NCBI GenBank assembly: GCA_038231135.1
Contig: JBBRLX010000011.1
Coordinates: 32,001-96,000, forward strand
Length of the DNA: 64,000 nt
DNA from: Candidatus Eiseniibacteriota bacterium
GTDB lineage: Bacteria > Eisenbacteria > RBG-16-71-46
Direction: 5' to 3'
Shown: in pieces, positions 1 through 8,515 of the stretch
Position numbering within the stretch: the stretch's first letter is position 1
Layout of the letters: every line of letters starts with the position of its first letter
Made by a program: the position numbers and the translations under genes
Notes under the pieces: model-generated
The model's input: the letters and a program-made list of their open reading frames with translations, nothing else
What the model was told of the DNA's origin: nothing
The model's database searches: none

Positions 1-498
1 CCGCACGACCCCGACGCGGTGCTGGCCCGGGCGCGCGCGTCGCTGGACCAGGTGAGCGTGGTCGAGCACTGCCGCGCCGCCGTGCGGGTCGGTGTCCGCG
101 ATCGCGGCGTCAGCGCGCTCCACGACGCGACGGAAGGCGGCGTGCTGGGCGCGCTCATCGAGCTCGCCGGCGCCGCTGGGCACGACCTGCGCATCGAGCG
201 CGCGCGGATTCCTCTGTCCGTTGAGGCGCGGGCGGCGTGTGCCGCGTTCGGCATCGATCCCTACTGGACGCTGAGCGAGGGCACGCTCATTGTGTGCGCT
301 CGGCCGGCCCATGCGGCGGCGGTGGCGCGGTCGCTGGCCGACGCGGGCATCCCGGCGTTCGAGGTGGGTGAGGTGGTGCGCGGCCATGGCACGCTGTGGC
401 TCACCGAACCCGGCGGTGAGATCACGCAGTGGACCGAGCCCGAACCCGACCCCTACTGGCCCGCGTACGCGCGTGCCGTGCGGGAGGGCTGGCAGTGA
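1..498 (+). CDS. AIR synthase-related (HypE/PurM-like) protein, C-terminal part; 5' end outside the window
   Basis: Frame is open from base 1; motifs ALHDATEGGVLGALIELA and IDPYWTLSEGTL are typical of the AIRS_C domain. Confidence 0.8.
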   Translation, partial: PHDPDAVLARARASLDQVSVVEHCRAAVRVGVRDRGVSALHDATEGGVLGALIELAGAAGHDLRIERARIPLSVEARAACAAFGIDPYWTLSEGTLIVCARPAHAAAVARSLADAGIPAFEVGEVVRGHGTLWLTEPGGEITQWTEPEPDPYWPAYARAVREGWQ

Positions 499-555
499 GC
501 GCGCAGCCGCGACGCAGGCGGCCATGACCCTGCGTGAGACGGGGAGACGAGGCAC

Positions 556-714
556 ATGAACGTACTGCGGGTGCTGCAGCGGATTCCGGCCGTGGTCGTC
601 GCGCTCGGAGTCGTCGTGGGCGCGGGCGTGATCGTCCTGGGTCATCTGCTGGCGAAGGCCCAGGTGGCGCGTGGGCCTCGCCGCGCGGCCGTGATCGGAC
701 GCGCGCCGTCGTGA
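556..714 (+). CDS. Small single-TM membrane protein, 52 aa (not in the ORF track)
   Basis: ATG556 preceded by GGAG/GAGG; MNVLRVLQRIPAVVVALGVVVGAGVIVLGHLLAKAQ...; its stop overlaps the next GTG (GTGA 711-714). Confidence 0.6.
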   Translation: MNVLRVLQRIPAVVVALGVVVGAGVIVLGHLLAKAQVARGPRRAAVIGRAPS

Positions 715-1607
715 CGCTGCGCACCAGCATGACCGTGGGCGAGGCGGCCCGCGAAGTCGGGCGCATCCTCGACGAGTTCGCGGCGCCGATCCTGGTGGCA
801 CTCGTGATCGCTGTCGCGTCGCTGGCGGCGTTCGCGGCGTTGCGCGCCTACGAGGACGCGCAGATCCGGCGGGTGCTCGACATCGAGGGCCGCTACCTCG
901 CGGGCGCGATGGCGGCCGGTCTCGAGCAACGGGTGCTCGCGATCCGTGGCCTCGCCCGCCAGTGGGAGACGGTCGCGGCGCCCGACTCCGACCGGTGGGC
1001 GGCGGATGCCCGCGCGCTGATGGCGCAGGATGCCGTGGTGCGCGGGGTCGAATGGCGCGACGCCGAATTCGGGCTGCGCTGGAGCACGCCGATCACCGCG
1101 AAGCTGCCGAACGGGGATCTCGATCCGGAGACCGACCCCGATCGCGTGAGCGCGGCGGCGATCGTGGCCGTGCATGCCGAGGGCTCGGTCGCCGGGAGCT
1201 TCCCCGGGGCGCGTGGCGGCCGCAACGTCGTGTTCGCGGCGCCCATGACGCGCGACGGGCGGCGCGAAGGCGTGCTCACGGCGGTCACGCGCGCGCGGGA
1301 CCTGATCGACACGATCGTCGCCGCGGAGGCGCGGCGCGGGTTTTCGATCGCGGTCCGCGAGGGGCCGTACCGCGTCTACGGTCCGATGGCTTCGGCGGAG
1401 GGTCCCGAGGCCGAGCTGTGGTGGCGTTCGACCGTGACCCAGGTCGGCGACCTCCAGTGGGTGATCGAATACTGGCCGTCCGTCGACCTGATGGACGGTC
1501 TGCGGTCCCTTGGACCGGCGTTCGTGCTGGTGGGAGGATTGTTGCTGGCAGCGATGATGGCCGGGATGGTCCGGACACGGGAGCTGTCGCTCAGGGGGCG
1601 GGCGTGA
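711..1607 (+). CDS. Two-TM membrane protein with a CHASE-like extracytoplasmic sensor domain and no cytoplasmic output domain
   Basis: N- and C-terminal TM helices flank about 230 aa with a CHASE/Cache-like pattern (GVEWRD, VVFAAPM..G...GVLTAV, WVIEYWP); GTG start inferred from GTGA overlap. Confidence 0.55.
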   Translation: MTLRTSMTVGEAAREVGRILDEFAAPILVALVIAVASLAAFAALRAYEDAQIRRVLDIEGRYLAGAMAAGLEQRVLAIRGLARQWETVAAPDSDRWAADARALMAQDAVVRGVEWRDAEFGLRWSTPITAKLPNGDLDPETDPDRVSAAAIVAVHAEGSVAGSFPGARGGRNVVFAAPMTRDGRREGVLTAVTRARDLIDTIVAAEARRGFSIAVREGPYRVYGPMASAEGPEAELWWRSTVTQVGDLQWVIEYWPSVDLMDGLRSLGPAFVLVGGLLLAAMMAGMVRTRELSLRGRA

Positions 1608-2560
1608 GTCGGCTGGCCGCAGTGTTCGGCATGCTGGTGATCGCCATGACGCCGCGTCCGGCGTTCGGCTGGGGGGCGCCCGGTGGCGGTCCGGGTGAAT
1701 TCGCCGCGCCGACCGGGATCGTGATCGACCATCACGACCGTGTGCTCGTGATGGATACCAACAACGCCCGCATTCAGCGATTCACGATCGATGGCTCGTA
1801 CATCGACGGCTGGGGCTCGGAGGGCGCGGCCCCCGGCCAGTTCCAGAATGCCGAGTTTCTCGCCGTCGACACGAACGACACGGTGTTCGTCGCGGATTTC
1901 CGCAACAACCGCGTGCAGGTGTTCTCGCCCGAGGGCGTGTTCGTGCGCCAGTGGGGCATGCTGGGGGCGGGCACGGGCCAGTTCCACAGCCCGCTCGGCA
2001 TCGCCGTCGCATCCGACGGCCGGGTCTACGTGAGCGACACCGGGAACCACCGCGTCCAGATGTTCACGGGTACCGGCCAGTGGCTCGGCCAGTTCGGCGG
2101 CGGTGGGGTGGTGCCCGGCAAGTTCGGCATCCCTGCCGGCATCGCGATCGACCTGAACGGCCGCGTGCTGGTGGCGGACTACACGAATCACCGCATCCAG
2201 CGGTTCACGGCAGACGGCGTCTACGTGGACGGCTTCGGCGAACTGGGTTCCAAGGCGGGGCAGTTGAACCTGCCGATCGCGGTGGCCGTGGCGGGCAACG
2301 GGCCGATCCTGGTGGCGGAGGCGGGCAACATGCGGGTGCAGCGGTTCGATGCCACGGGTGCGCCGACGGGCTTCCTGAGCGAGGGCCTGGAGGCCCCGTT
2401 CGGCGTGACGATCGACGGGGCGGGCATGGTGCTCGTGGCCGAGACGGCGGCCAACCGCATCACGCCGTTTGCCGACCCCAGCACGCCCGCGCGCCGAACG
2501 ACCTGGGGGGCCCTCAAGCGGCGGTTCGGGCCGGACAACGAAAACGGGCGGCCGCGCTGA
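1604..2560 (+). CDS. Secreted NHL-repeat (6-bladed beta-propeller) protein
   Basis: Signal peptide-like N-terminus; about 6 repeats of FxxPxGIAxDxxGRVYVxDxxNxRVQxF; GTGA overlap with the upstream stop. Confidence 0.85.
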   Translation: MSRLAAVFGMLVIAMTPRPAFGWGAPGGGPGEFAAPTGIVIDHHDRVLVMDTNNARIQRFTIDGSYIDGWGSEGAAPGQFQNAEFLAVDTNDTVFVADFRNNRVQVFSPEGVFVRQWGMLGAGTGQFHSPLGIAVASDGRVYVSDTGNHRVQMFTGTGQWLGQFGGGGVVPGKFGIPAGIAIDLNGRVLVADYTNHRIQRFTADGVYVDGFGELGSKAGQLNLPIAVAVAGNGPILVAEAGNMRVQRFDATGAPTGFLSEGLEAPFGVTIDGAGMVLVAETAANRITPFADPSTPARRTTWGALKRRFGPDNENGRPR

Positions 2561-2593
2561 CGCGACCACCCGTTCGATTCCTGGGGTGCGACC

Positions 2594-2704
2594 TCAACCG
2601 GCGTGCATCGCCTGGATCCCGAGCAACAGCATGATCACGAACACCAGCAGGCCAATCAGCGACCGATCGAGCAGTTTGAAGACGTGCCTCTTACCGGATT
2701 CCAT
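2594..2704 (-). CDS. Small single-TM protein, 36 aa
   Basis: GAGGA RBS then MESGKRHVFKLLDRSLIGLLVFVIMLLLGIQAMHAG; lower local GC. Confidence 0.5.
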   Translation of the reverse strand: MESGKRHVFKLLDRSLIGLLVFVIMLLLGIQAMHAG

Positions 2705-2756
2705 ACCATCCTCGGAAGTGACGAGCGAGATGCATTCCAGATCGAAGTGGATTGCA

Positions 2757-2772
2757 TACAAACTTCGTGCCC
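2757..2772 (-). promoter_or_regulatory. Possible sigma54-type promoter for the 36-aa gene
   Basis: Minus strand GGGCACGAAGTTTGTA resembles TGGCACG-N4-TTGCW, with GT instead of GC at -12. Confidence 0.3.
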
Positions 2773-3003
2773 GGAGAGCCATGATGCCGGGTGAATCGCT
2801 CCGGCGAGCGCGCCGCCCGGCGGGAGCCGTTTCGCCCATGATCCATGCGGCCCGCGGCCGCCTGCCGATCGTGACGCCGTGCGGAACCGGGGCCCCGTCC
2901 GCCGCGATCGTCCGGCGCCCGGGCAGCGAGTCTCGGTGTTCGCAACGCTTCCGCTTGCAAACTGCATGCGCCCCGGGGAATCTGTGGCGGTGAGCCCCCC
3001 CGC

Positions 3004-4683
3004 ATGCTGATCGCCGCCATCGACATCGGAACGAACTCGATCCACATGGTGATCGCGCGGGCCGCGGGCCCCGGCGCGTTCGAGGTGGTGGATCGCGAGC
3101 GCGAGGTGGTCCAGATCGGCCGTGGCTCGTTCGGCAAGGGCCGCCTGCGCGCCGAGGCCATCCAGCGCACGGTCGAGGCGCTGGCGCGGTTCGTCCAGCT
3201 CGCGCGCCGGCACCAGGTGGACAAGATCCTGTGCACGGCCACGGCGGCGGTCCGCGAGGCCAGGAACGGCGGCGACTTCCTCACCGCCGCGCGGGCGGTG
3301 GCGGGGCTGACGCCGCGGGTGATCCCGGCCGAGGAGGAAGGCCGCCTGATCTACCTCGGCGTCAAGAGCGCGCTGCGGCTGCCGGCCCGGCCATCGCTGA
3401 TCGTCGACATCGGCGGCGGCAGCGTCCAGCTCGTGGTCGGCACGCGCGCCGAGTTGAAGTATGCGGGCAGCGCGCCGCTGGGGGCGCTGCGGCTCACCGA
3501 GCGGCTGCTCAAGACCGATCCGCCGACGCGCCGGGAGCTGGCGCGGCTGTCGCGCACGGTGCGCAAGGGGTTGCGGCCCGAGATCAAGGCGATCGCGGCA
3601 CTCAAGCCGCGGCGGGCCTATGGCTCGTCGGGCTCGATCCACGCGCTCGCCCACCTCGCCCACGCGCTCGAGACCGGCAAGCCGGTGCGCCAGATCAACG
3701 GCCACGTGCTCCGCGTGGAGGCGCTCGGCCGGGTGGTGCGCCGGCTGCGCAAGATGACCGAAGCCGAGATCCAGCGGCTGCCGGGCATCGACGCCCGCCG
3801 CGCCGAGATCATCCTGCCGGGGGCCGTGGTGCTGGCCGAAGTGCTGGAAGGCGCGGGGCTCGATCGCATCACGATCTCCGATTTCGGCGTGCGCGAGGGG
3901 CTCGTCACCGACTACGTGGCGTCGCATGCGCACGAGATCTCGCGGCTGGATTCCGTCGACGATCTCAGGCTGCGCAGCGTGCTCCACCTGGCGACGCGGT
4001 TCGAGTCGGACATCAAGCACGCCGAGCACGTGGCGCGGCTGGCGCTCAAACTGTTCGATGAGCTGGACGGCATCCACCCGCTGGCCGCCGGCGACCGGGA
4101 GACGCTGCGGTACGCGGCGCTGCTGCACGATGTGGGCGCGTCGATCGGCTACGACGATCATCCCGAGCATTCGCACTACATCATCCGTCACGGCAATCTC
4201 AGGGGATTCCAGGCCGGCGAGATCGATCGCATCGCGGGGGTGGCGCGGTTCCACAGCAAGTCGCGGCCGCGCAAGAGCGACCGTCGCTACCGCGAGCTCG
4301 ACAAGCCCGGCCGGCGCGTCGTGCGCTGGCTGGCCGCGATGCTGCGCATTGCCGAGGGGCTCGACCGCAGCCACTATCAGCTCGTGAAGGACCTGGTGGT
4401 GCGCCGCGGGCGGAATGGGCTGACGATCGCCGTCTCCTACCGGCGCGACGCCCAGCTCGAGCTGTGGGCGGCGGCGCGGCGCACCGATCTGCTGGAGCAG
4501 CTCGCCGGCATGCCGGTGCGCATCATACTTCAGCGGGCCGCCGCAAAATCTGCCAGGCGGCCCAGTCTCGAGCGACGGCGCACGGTCGCTCGCGCCGCCG
4601 CACGCCCGACCGGGCGGGCGCCCAAACGTACCGTCCCGCGCCTCGTCGTGCGCGCGGCCACTCGCAAAGGAGCTGCCGCATGA
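3004..4683 (+). CDS. ppx: Ppx/GppA family exopolyphosphatase with HD domain
   Basis: AAIDIGTNSIH, ATAAVREARNG, EEEGRL, VDIGGGS, GVREG, ALLHDVG. Confidence 0.93.
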   Translation: MLIAAIDIGTNSIHMVIARAAGPGAFEVVDREREVVQIGRGSFGKGRLRAEAIQRTVEALARFVQLARRHQVDKILCTATAAVREARNGGDFLTAARAVAGLTPRVIPAEEEGRLIYLGVKSALRLPARPSLIVDIGGGSVQLVVGTRAELKYAGSAPLGALRLTERLLKTDPPTRRELARLSRTVRKGLRPEIKAIAALKPRRAYGSSGSIHALAHLAHALETGKPVRQINGHVLRVEALGRVVRRLRKMTEAEIQRLPGIDARRAEIILPGAVVLAEVLEGAGLDRITISDFGVREGLVTDYVASHAHEISRLDSVDDLRLRSVLHLATRFESDIKHAEHVARLALKLFDELDGIHPLAAGDRETLRYAALLHDVGASIGYDDHPEHSHYIIRHGNLRGFQAGEIDRIAGVARFHSKSRPRKSDRRYRELDKPGRRVVRWLAAMLRIAEGLDRSHYQLVKDLVVRRGRNGLTIAVSYRRDAQLELWAAARRTDLLEQLAGMPVRIILQRAAAKSARRPSLERRRTVARAAARPTGRAPKRTVPRLVVRAATRKGAAA

Positions 4684-6095
4684 ACCGTCCCCGAATCGTC
4701 TCGGCCACGCTGGCATGGATGGTGGCGTGCGCGTGTGTGGCAAGTGTCGCCGCAGCCCCGGTGAAGCCGAACGTCGCCCCGCGGCGCGCGGCCGCGGCGC
4801 ACCCGGCGGCCCGGCATCACGCCGCCGGCGGCACCGCCGCCGCGGCTCCGCGGGGCGCCGCCGCGCTGCCGGTGGAGCTCGTCGAGACCGTTCCCGTCGA
4901 GACCGCGATCGGCAACCCCGAGCTGCGCCAGGCGCGCGACGTGTGGGTCGAGATGATCCGCAGCGCGCGGCACACGATCGATCTCGAGGAATTCTACGTG
5001 ACGACGTGGCCGGGCGAGCCGCTGGAGCCGGTGCTGCGGGCGCTCGGCGACGCCGTGCGGCGCGGCGTGCGCGTACGGATGCTCGTCGATCTGCACATGG
5101 GCGCCACCTATCCTCAGCCGCTCGATTCGCTCGCGACCGTCCATGGCTTCGAGGTGCGACGGCTCGACATGCGGCGCATCGCGGGCGGCGTCCAGCACTC
5201 GAAGTACTTCCTGATCGACGGCGAGCAGGTGTTCATGGGCAGCCAGAACCTCGACTGGCGGTCGCTCGCGCACGTCCACGAACTGGGCGTGCGGGTGCGG
5301 GACGCGCGCGTGGCGAGCGATTTCGCGGAGGTGTTCGCGTGGGACTGGCAGGCCGCCGATACCACGACGTGGACCGAACGCCCGGCGCCGCGGCCGGTCC
5401 GCGGCCAGCCGCTCGTCCGCAAGCTGCCGGCGCCGCCCGTGCAGCATGCGCTCGCCGTGCCGTTGCGCATCGTTCAGAGCGCGGGCGACACGGTCGTCGT
5501 GTGGCCGAGCTACACGCCGCGCGGCTGGATCCCCGATTCGACCCGGTTCGATCTCGACGTGCTGACGAACCTGATCGATCGCGCCCGGAGCGAGATCGTC
5601 GTCCAGCTGCTCACCTACTCGCTGGAAGAATACGGCGACGTCGATTCCACACTCGACCTGGCGCTGCGGGCCGCGGCCGCCCGCGGCGTGCACGTGAAGC
5701 TGCTGATCTCGGACTGGGAGACGGACGGGAAAGGCATCACCGCGCTGCAGCGGCTGTCGCAGGTGCCCAACATCGAGGCCCGGTTGTCGACGTTGCCGCC
5801 ATGGAGCGGCGGGTACATTCCGTTCGCCCGCGTCGAACACTGCAAGTACCTGGTGGCCGACACCGCACGCGTGTGGGTGGGCACGGCGAACTGGAGCCCG
5901 GGCTACTTCTTCGGCACCCGCAATCTCGCGCTCACGCTCGAGAACGCGCGGCTCGCGGCGCAGGCGCGGCGGGTGTTCGAGGCGAGCTGGACGGCACCGT
6001 CGGCGGCGCCGGTGCAGGCCGGGATCGTCTACGAGCCGAAGGTGCGGGGGCTGAAGCCGCCCGCGGACTGGCACGGGAAGGTGTACGGGAACTGA
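4680..6095 (+). CDS. Secreted phospholipase D-superfamily protein
   Basis: Two HxKxxxxD motifs (QHSKYFLIDG...GSQN; EHCKYLVAD...GTANWS); signal peptide; ATGA overlap with ppx. Confidence 0.85.
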   Translation: MNRPRIVSATLAWMVACACVASVAAAPVKPNVAPRRAAAAHPAARHHAAGGTAAAAPRGAAALPVELVETVPVETAIGNPELRQARDVWVEMIRSARHTIDLEEFYVTTWPGEPLEPVLRALGDAVRRGVRVRMLVDLHMGATYPQPLDSLATVHGFEVRRLDMRRIAGGVQHSKYFLIDGEQVFMGSQNLDWRSLAHVHELGVRVRDARVASDFAEVFAWDWQAADTTTWTERPAPRPVRGQPLVRKLPAPPVQHALAVPLRIVQSAGDTVVVWPSYTPRGWIPDSTRFDLDVLTNLIDRARSEIVVQLLTYSLEEYGDVDSTLDLALRAAAARGVHVKLLISDWETDGKGITALQRLSQVPNIEARLSTLPPWSGGYIPFARVEHCKYLVADTARVWVGTANWSPGYFFGTRNLALTLENARLAAQARRVFEASWTAPSAAPVQAGIVYEPKVRGLKPPADWHGKVYGN

Positions 6096-6945
6096 GCCAC
6101 GCCGTGTCGCCGGTCCGGGCCAGGAATTGCGCCAGCGCTTGATCGCGATCACGGGCCAGTGCCAAGAGTAGCGGCCGCGCGGCCGTGGCTCGCGGCCGGT
6201 CGCCGCGGGTAAGCCGCCGGATCACCGCGATCAGGCCCGCCGCGTCGTTCGCGTCCCCCAGGTCCCGCTGCAACGCCGCGAGTCCCTGGGGCCACCCCGA
6301 ATCCTCGCCGGTGACCCGGGTCCACGCGTCGATCGCGTAGCGCAGCTTCTTCACGGCGATCCGGGCGTCGTGCCGCAGCTCGCCCGTGGCGCCGGGCGCG
6401 GCGGCGGCGCGCAGCGCCGCGCGAGTCCGTGCCACGCCGCGCGTGAGGCGCGCTCGTGCGCGCTCGAGCATGGCGGCATCGGGCCGGGCGCCGTGGAACG
6501 CGGCGCGCACGTCGCGATCGATGCGGAGCACTTGCCGCCGGGCGACGGCCTGTTGCGTGTCGCGGCGCAACCGCCGGACGTGACGCCACAGCACGGCCGC
6601 CAGCGGGCGCAGTGCGGTGCGCGCGAGTCCGGGTAGCGCCGCCACGCGCGCGGCGAGTGCCGCGGCATGGACCTCCGCCTCGCGCACCGGGCCCAGCGTG
6701 CGGCGGACGTCCCGCAACCGCTCCTGCGCCGACCGGCGCGGCTTGCCATGCAGCAGCGGCCGCCAGGTGCGGAGCGCCGCGGTGAGGCGCCGGGCGGCGA
6801 CCCGCACGTCGTGCACGGCGTCGGGGTCGGTGTCGCGCGGTCCGACGGCGCGACGGCGCCGGGTCCGCTGCGCGGCACGATCGAACCTGGCGAGCAGCCG
6901 GAACGCGTCGGGCGCCACGCCGTGGTGGCGGTGCGGGCGCGCCAT
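5932..6945 (-). CDS. CHAD domain protein (polyphosphate-binding)
   Basis: DAVHDVRVAARRL, LGPVREAEV, RHDARIAVKKLRY, LQRDLGDAND. Confidence 0.85.
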   Translation of the reverse strand: MARPHRHHGVAPDAFRLLARFDRAAQRTRRRRAVGPRDTDPDAVHDVRVAARRLTAALRTWRPLLHGKPRRSAQERLRDVRRTLGPVREAEVHAAALAARVAALPGLARTALRPLAAVLWRHVRRLRRDTQQAVARRQVLRIDRDVRAAFHGARPDAAMLERARARLTRGVARTRAALRAAAAPGATGELRHDARIAVKKLRYAIDAWTRVTGEDSGWPQGLAALQRDLGDANDAAGLIAVIRRLTRGDRPRATAARPLLLALARDRDQALAQFLARTGDTAWLSSRTPSRASPRAASAPAPSARRRSRPAPAPPTVPSSSPRTPAAPAPRAARSRA

Positions 6946-6950
6946 CGCGG

Positions 6951-7670
6951 TCAGCCCGCCGGCCGGGGCTCGGCCTGGGGCTCGGACGATGTGAGCAGCA
7001 TCGACACCCGCTGGGCCAGGTCCGCGGCGTTCACCTCCACCGACCGGGTGGCGTCGAGCGTCTCGAAGCCGAACTCGCTAGCCAGCGTGTCCAGCTCCTG
7101 CACCACGCGCCGCTGATAGTTCATGAACGAGTCGTAGAGATCCTCGCCCATCGGCAGGTCCATGCCGGATTCCCAGTAGTCGAAGCCGCCCTGCGCCAGC
7201 ACCCGCGGCACCAGCCCTTCGACGTCGATGCGCAGGTAGAACACGGCGTCCGGCTTGAGGGCGAACGAATACACGTCCTTGATCCACTCGGGATCGGCGC
7301 CGCGCACGATCGCGCGCGAGATCAGCGAGTAGATGTAGCGGTCGGTGAGCATCACGAAGCCGGCGCGCAGCGCGGGCACGATCTGACGTTCGAGCCGGTC
7401 CGCGAAATCGGTGGCGTAGTAGAGATTGAACGCGTTCGCGCCGAGCGTGTTGCCCTGCTTCGCGCGGTTGATGCCGCGGCTCGCGAGGTCGGACCGCGAC
7501 AACCCGGTCTCGGCCACCGCGTAGCCCAACTGCTCGAGATGCGTGCGCAGCAGGGCGACCTGCGTGGAGCGCCCCACGCCGTCCGTGCCTTCGATCACGA
7601 TCAGCCAGCCCGACAGCTCCGCCGCATCGAGGCCCGGAATCCCCGGGCCGTAGGACGTGAAGCGGCTCAT
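6951..7670 (-). CDS. Thymidylate kinase-like protein 2 (variant P-loop)
   Basis: IVIEGTDGVGRSTQ, TDRYIYS, KPDAVFYL. Confidence 0.8.
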   Translation of the reverse strand: MSRFTSYGPGIPGLDAAELSGWLIVIEGTDGVGRSTQVALLRTHLEQLGYAVAETGLSRSDLASRGINRAKQGNTLGANAFNLYYATDFADRLERQIVPALRAGFVMLTDRYIYSLISRAIVRGADPEWIKDVYSFALKPDAVFYLRIDVEGLVPRVLAQGGFDYWESGMDLPMGEDLYDSFMNYQRRVVQELDTLASEFGFETLDATRSVEVNAADLAQRVSMLLTSSEPQAEPRPAG

Positions 7671-8515
7671 GGGTTCGCCCCGGGCTGGGCGATGCCGGCC
7701 AGGTGCGGCTTGATCGCCCGGCGCAGCATGCGCTGCTGCAGCTCGACCGGCTGGGCCGCGTCGATGACGTGCAGGCCGTACTCGGGGACGATGCGCTCGT
7801 ACTCGTCGAGGATCCGTCCCTGGAACATGCGATAGGACTCCTCGATGTCGTCATCCAGCTCGAGATCCATGCCCGCCTCATACCACTTGAGCCGCGGCCG
7901 GCCCGACAGGATGCGCTTGAGCGCCACGTCGAGCGGCACGCGGAAGTAGAACGCCATCGTGGGCACCGCCGCGAACCGGTACAGCGAGCGCACCCAGCGC
8001 GATGGCACGCCGCGCGTCACGTCGCGCGCGAACGCGGTGTAGACGTAGCGGTCGGCGAGCACGATCGCGCCCGCCTTGAGCGACGGCACGATCTCGCGCT
8101 CGATGCGGTCCGAGAAGTCGGTGGCGTGGATCAGCGAGAACGTGAGCGGCGTGAGCTGCTTGCGCTTCTTGCCGCGCGAGGTCGTCGATTTCACGATCGG
8201 CGAGCTGTTCCATTCGCTGAACACCACCGGATAGCCCTGGCCGCGCAGCCACTGGGCGAGCAGCGTGAGCTGGGTGCTCTTGCCGGAGCCGTCGATGCCT
8301 TCGACGATGAACAGCCGGCCCGGCGTTTCGATCACGCGGCTGCCGTAGAGCGAGCGGCCCTCGGCGCGCGACACCACGGTGGCGCCCCGCCGCGCGCGCT
8401 TGCGCTTCGGCGCCTCCTGCGGCATGTCGGGATCGTGCTGGCCGGCCCCCGGCTGCGACGCGGGATGTTCCGTGGCGTCATGACCCGGCTCCTGGAGGTC
8501 GTAGCCGGCGCTCAT
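7667..8515 (-). CDS. Thymidylate kinase-like protein 1
   Basis: IVEGIDGSGKSTQ, LADRYVYTAFARD; ATGA overlaps at both ends. Confidence 0.82.
   Translation of the reverse strand: MSAGYDLQEPGHDATEHPASQPGAGQHDPDMPQEAPKRKRARRGATVVSRAEGRSLYGSRVIETPGRLFIVEGIDGSGKSTQLTLLAQWLRGQGYPVVFSEWNSSPIVKSTTSRGKKRKQLTPLTFSLIHATDFSDRIEREIVPSLKAGAIVLADRYVYTAFARDVTRGVPSRWVRSLYRFAAVPTMAFYFRVPLDVALKRILSGRPRLKWYEAGMDLELDDDIEESYRMFQGRILDEYERIVPEYGLHVIDAAQPVELQQRMLRRAIKPHLAGIAQPGANP

Noticed and set aside
534..710. ORF-track N-terminal extensions (for example 534, 962, 4464, 8626, 12629, 14313, 21004, 24300, 44236, 54514)
   Set aside because: They overlap upstream genes; downstream starts with an RBS or stop/start overlap fit the homologous N-termini better
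4680..6095. PLD gene as ppk1
   Set aside because: Too short, carries a signal peptide and lacks PPK1 N-terminal and head-domain motifs
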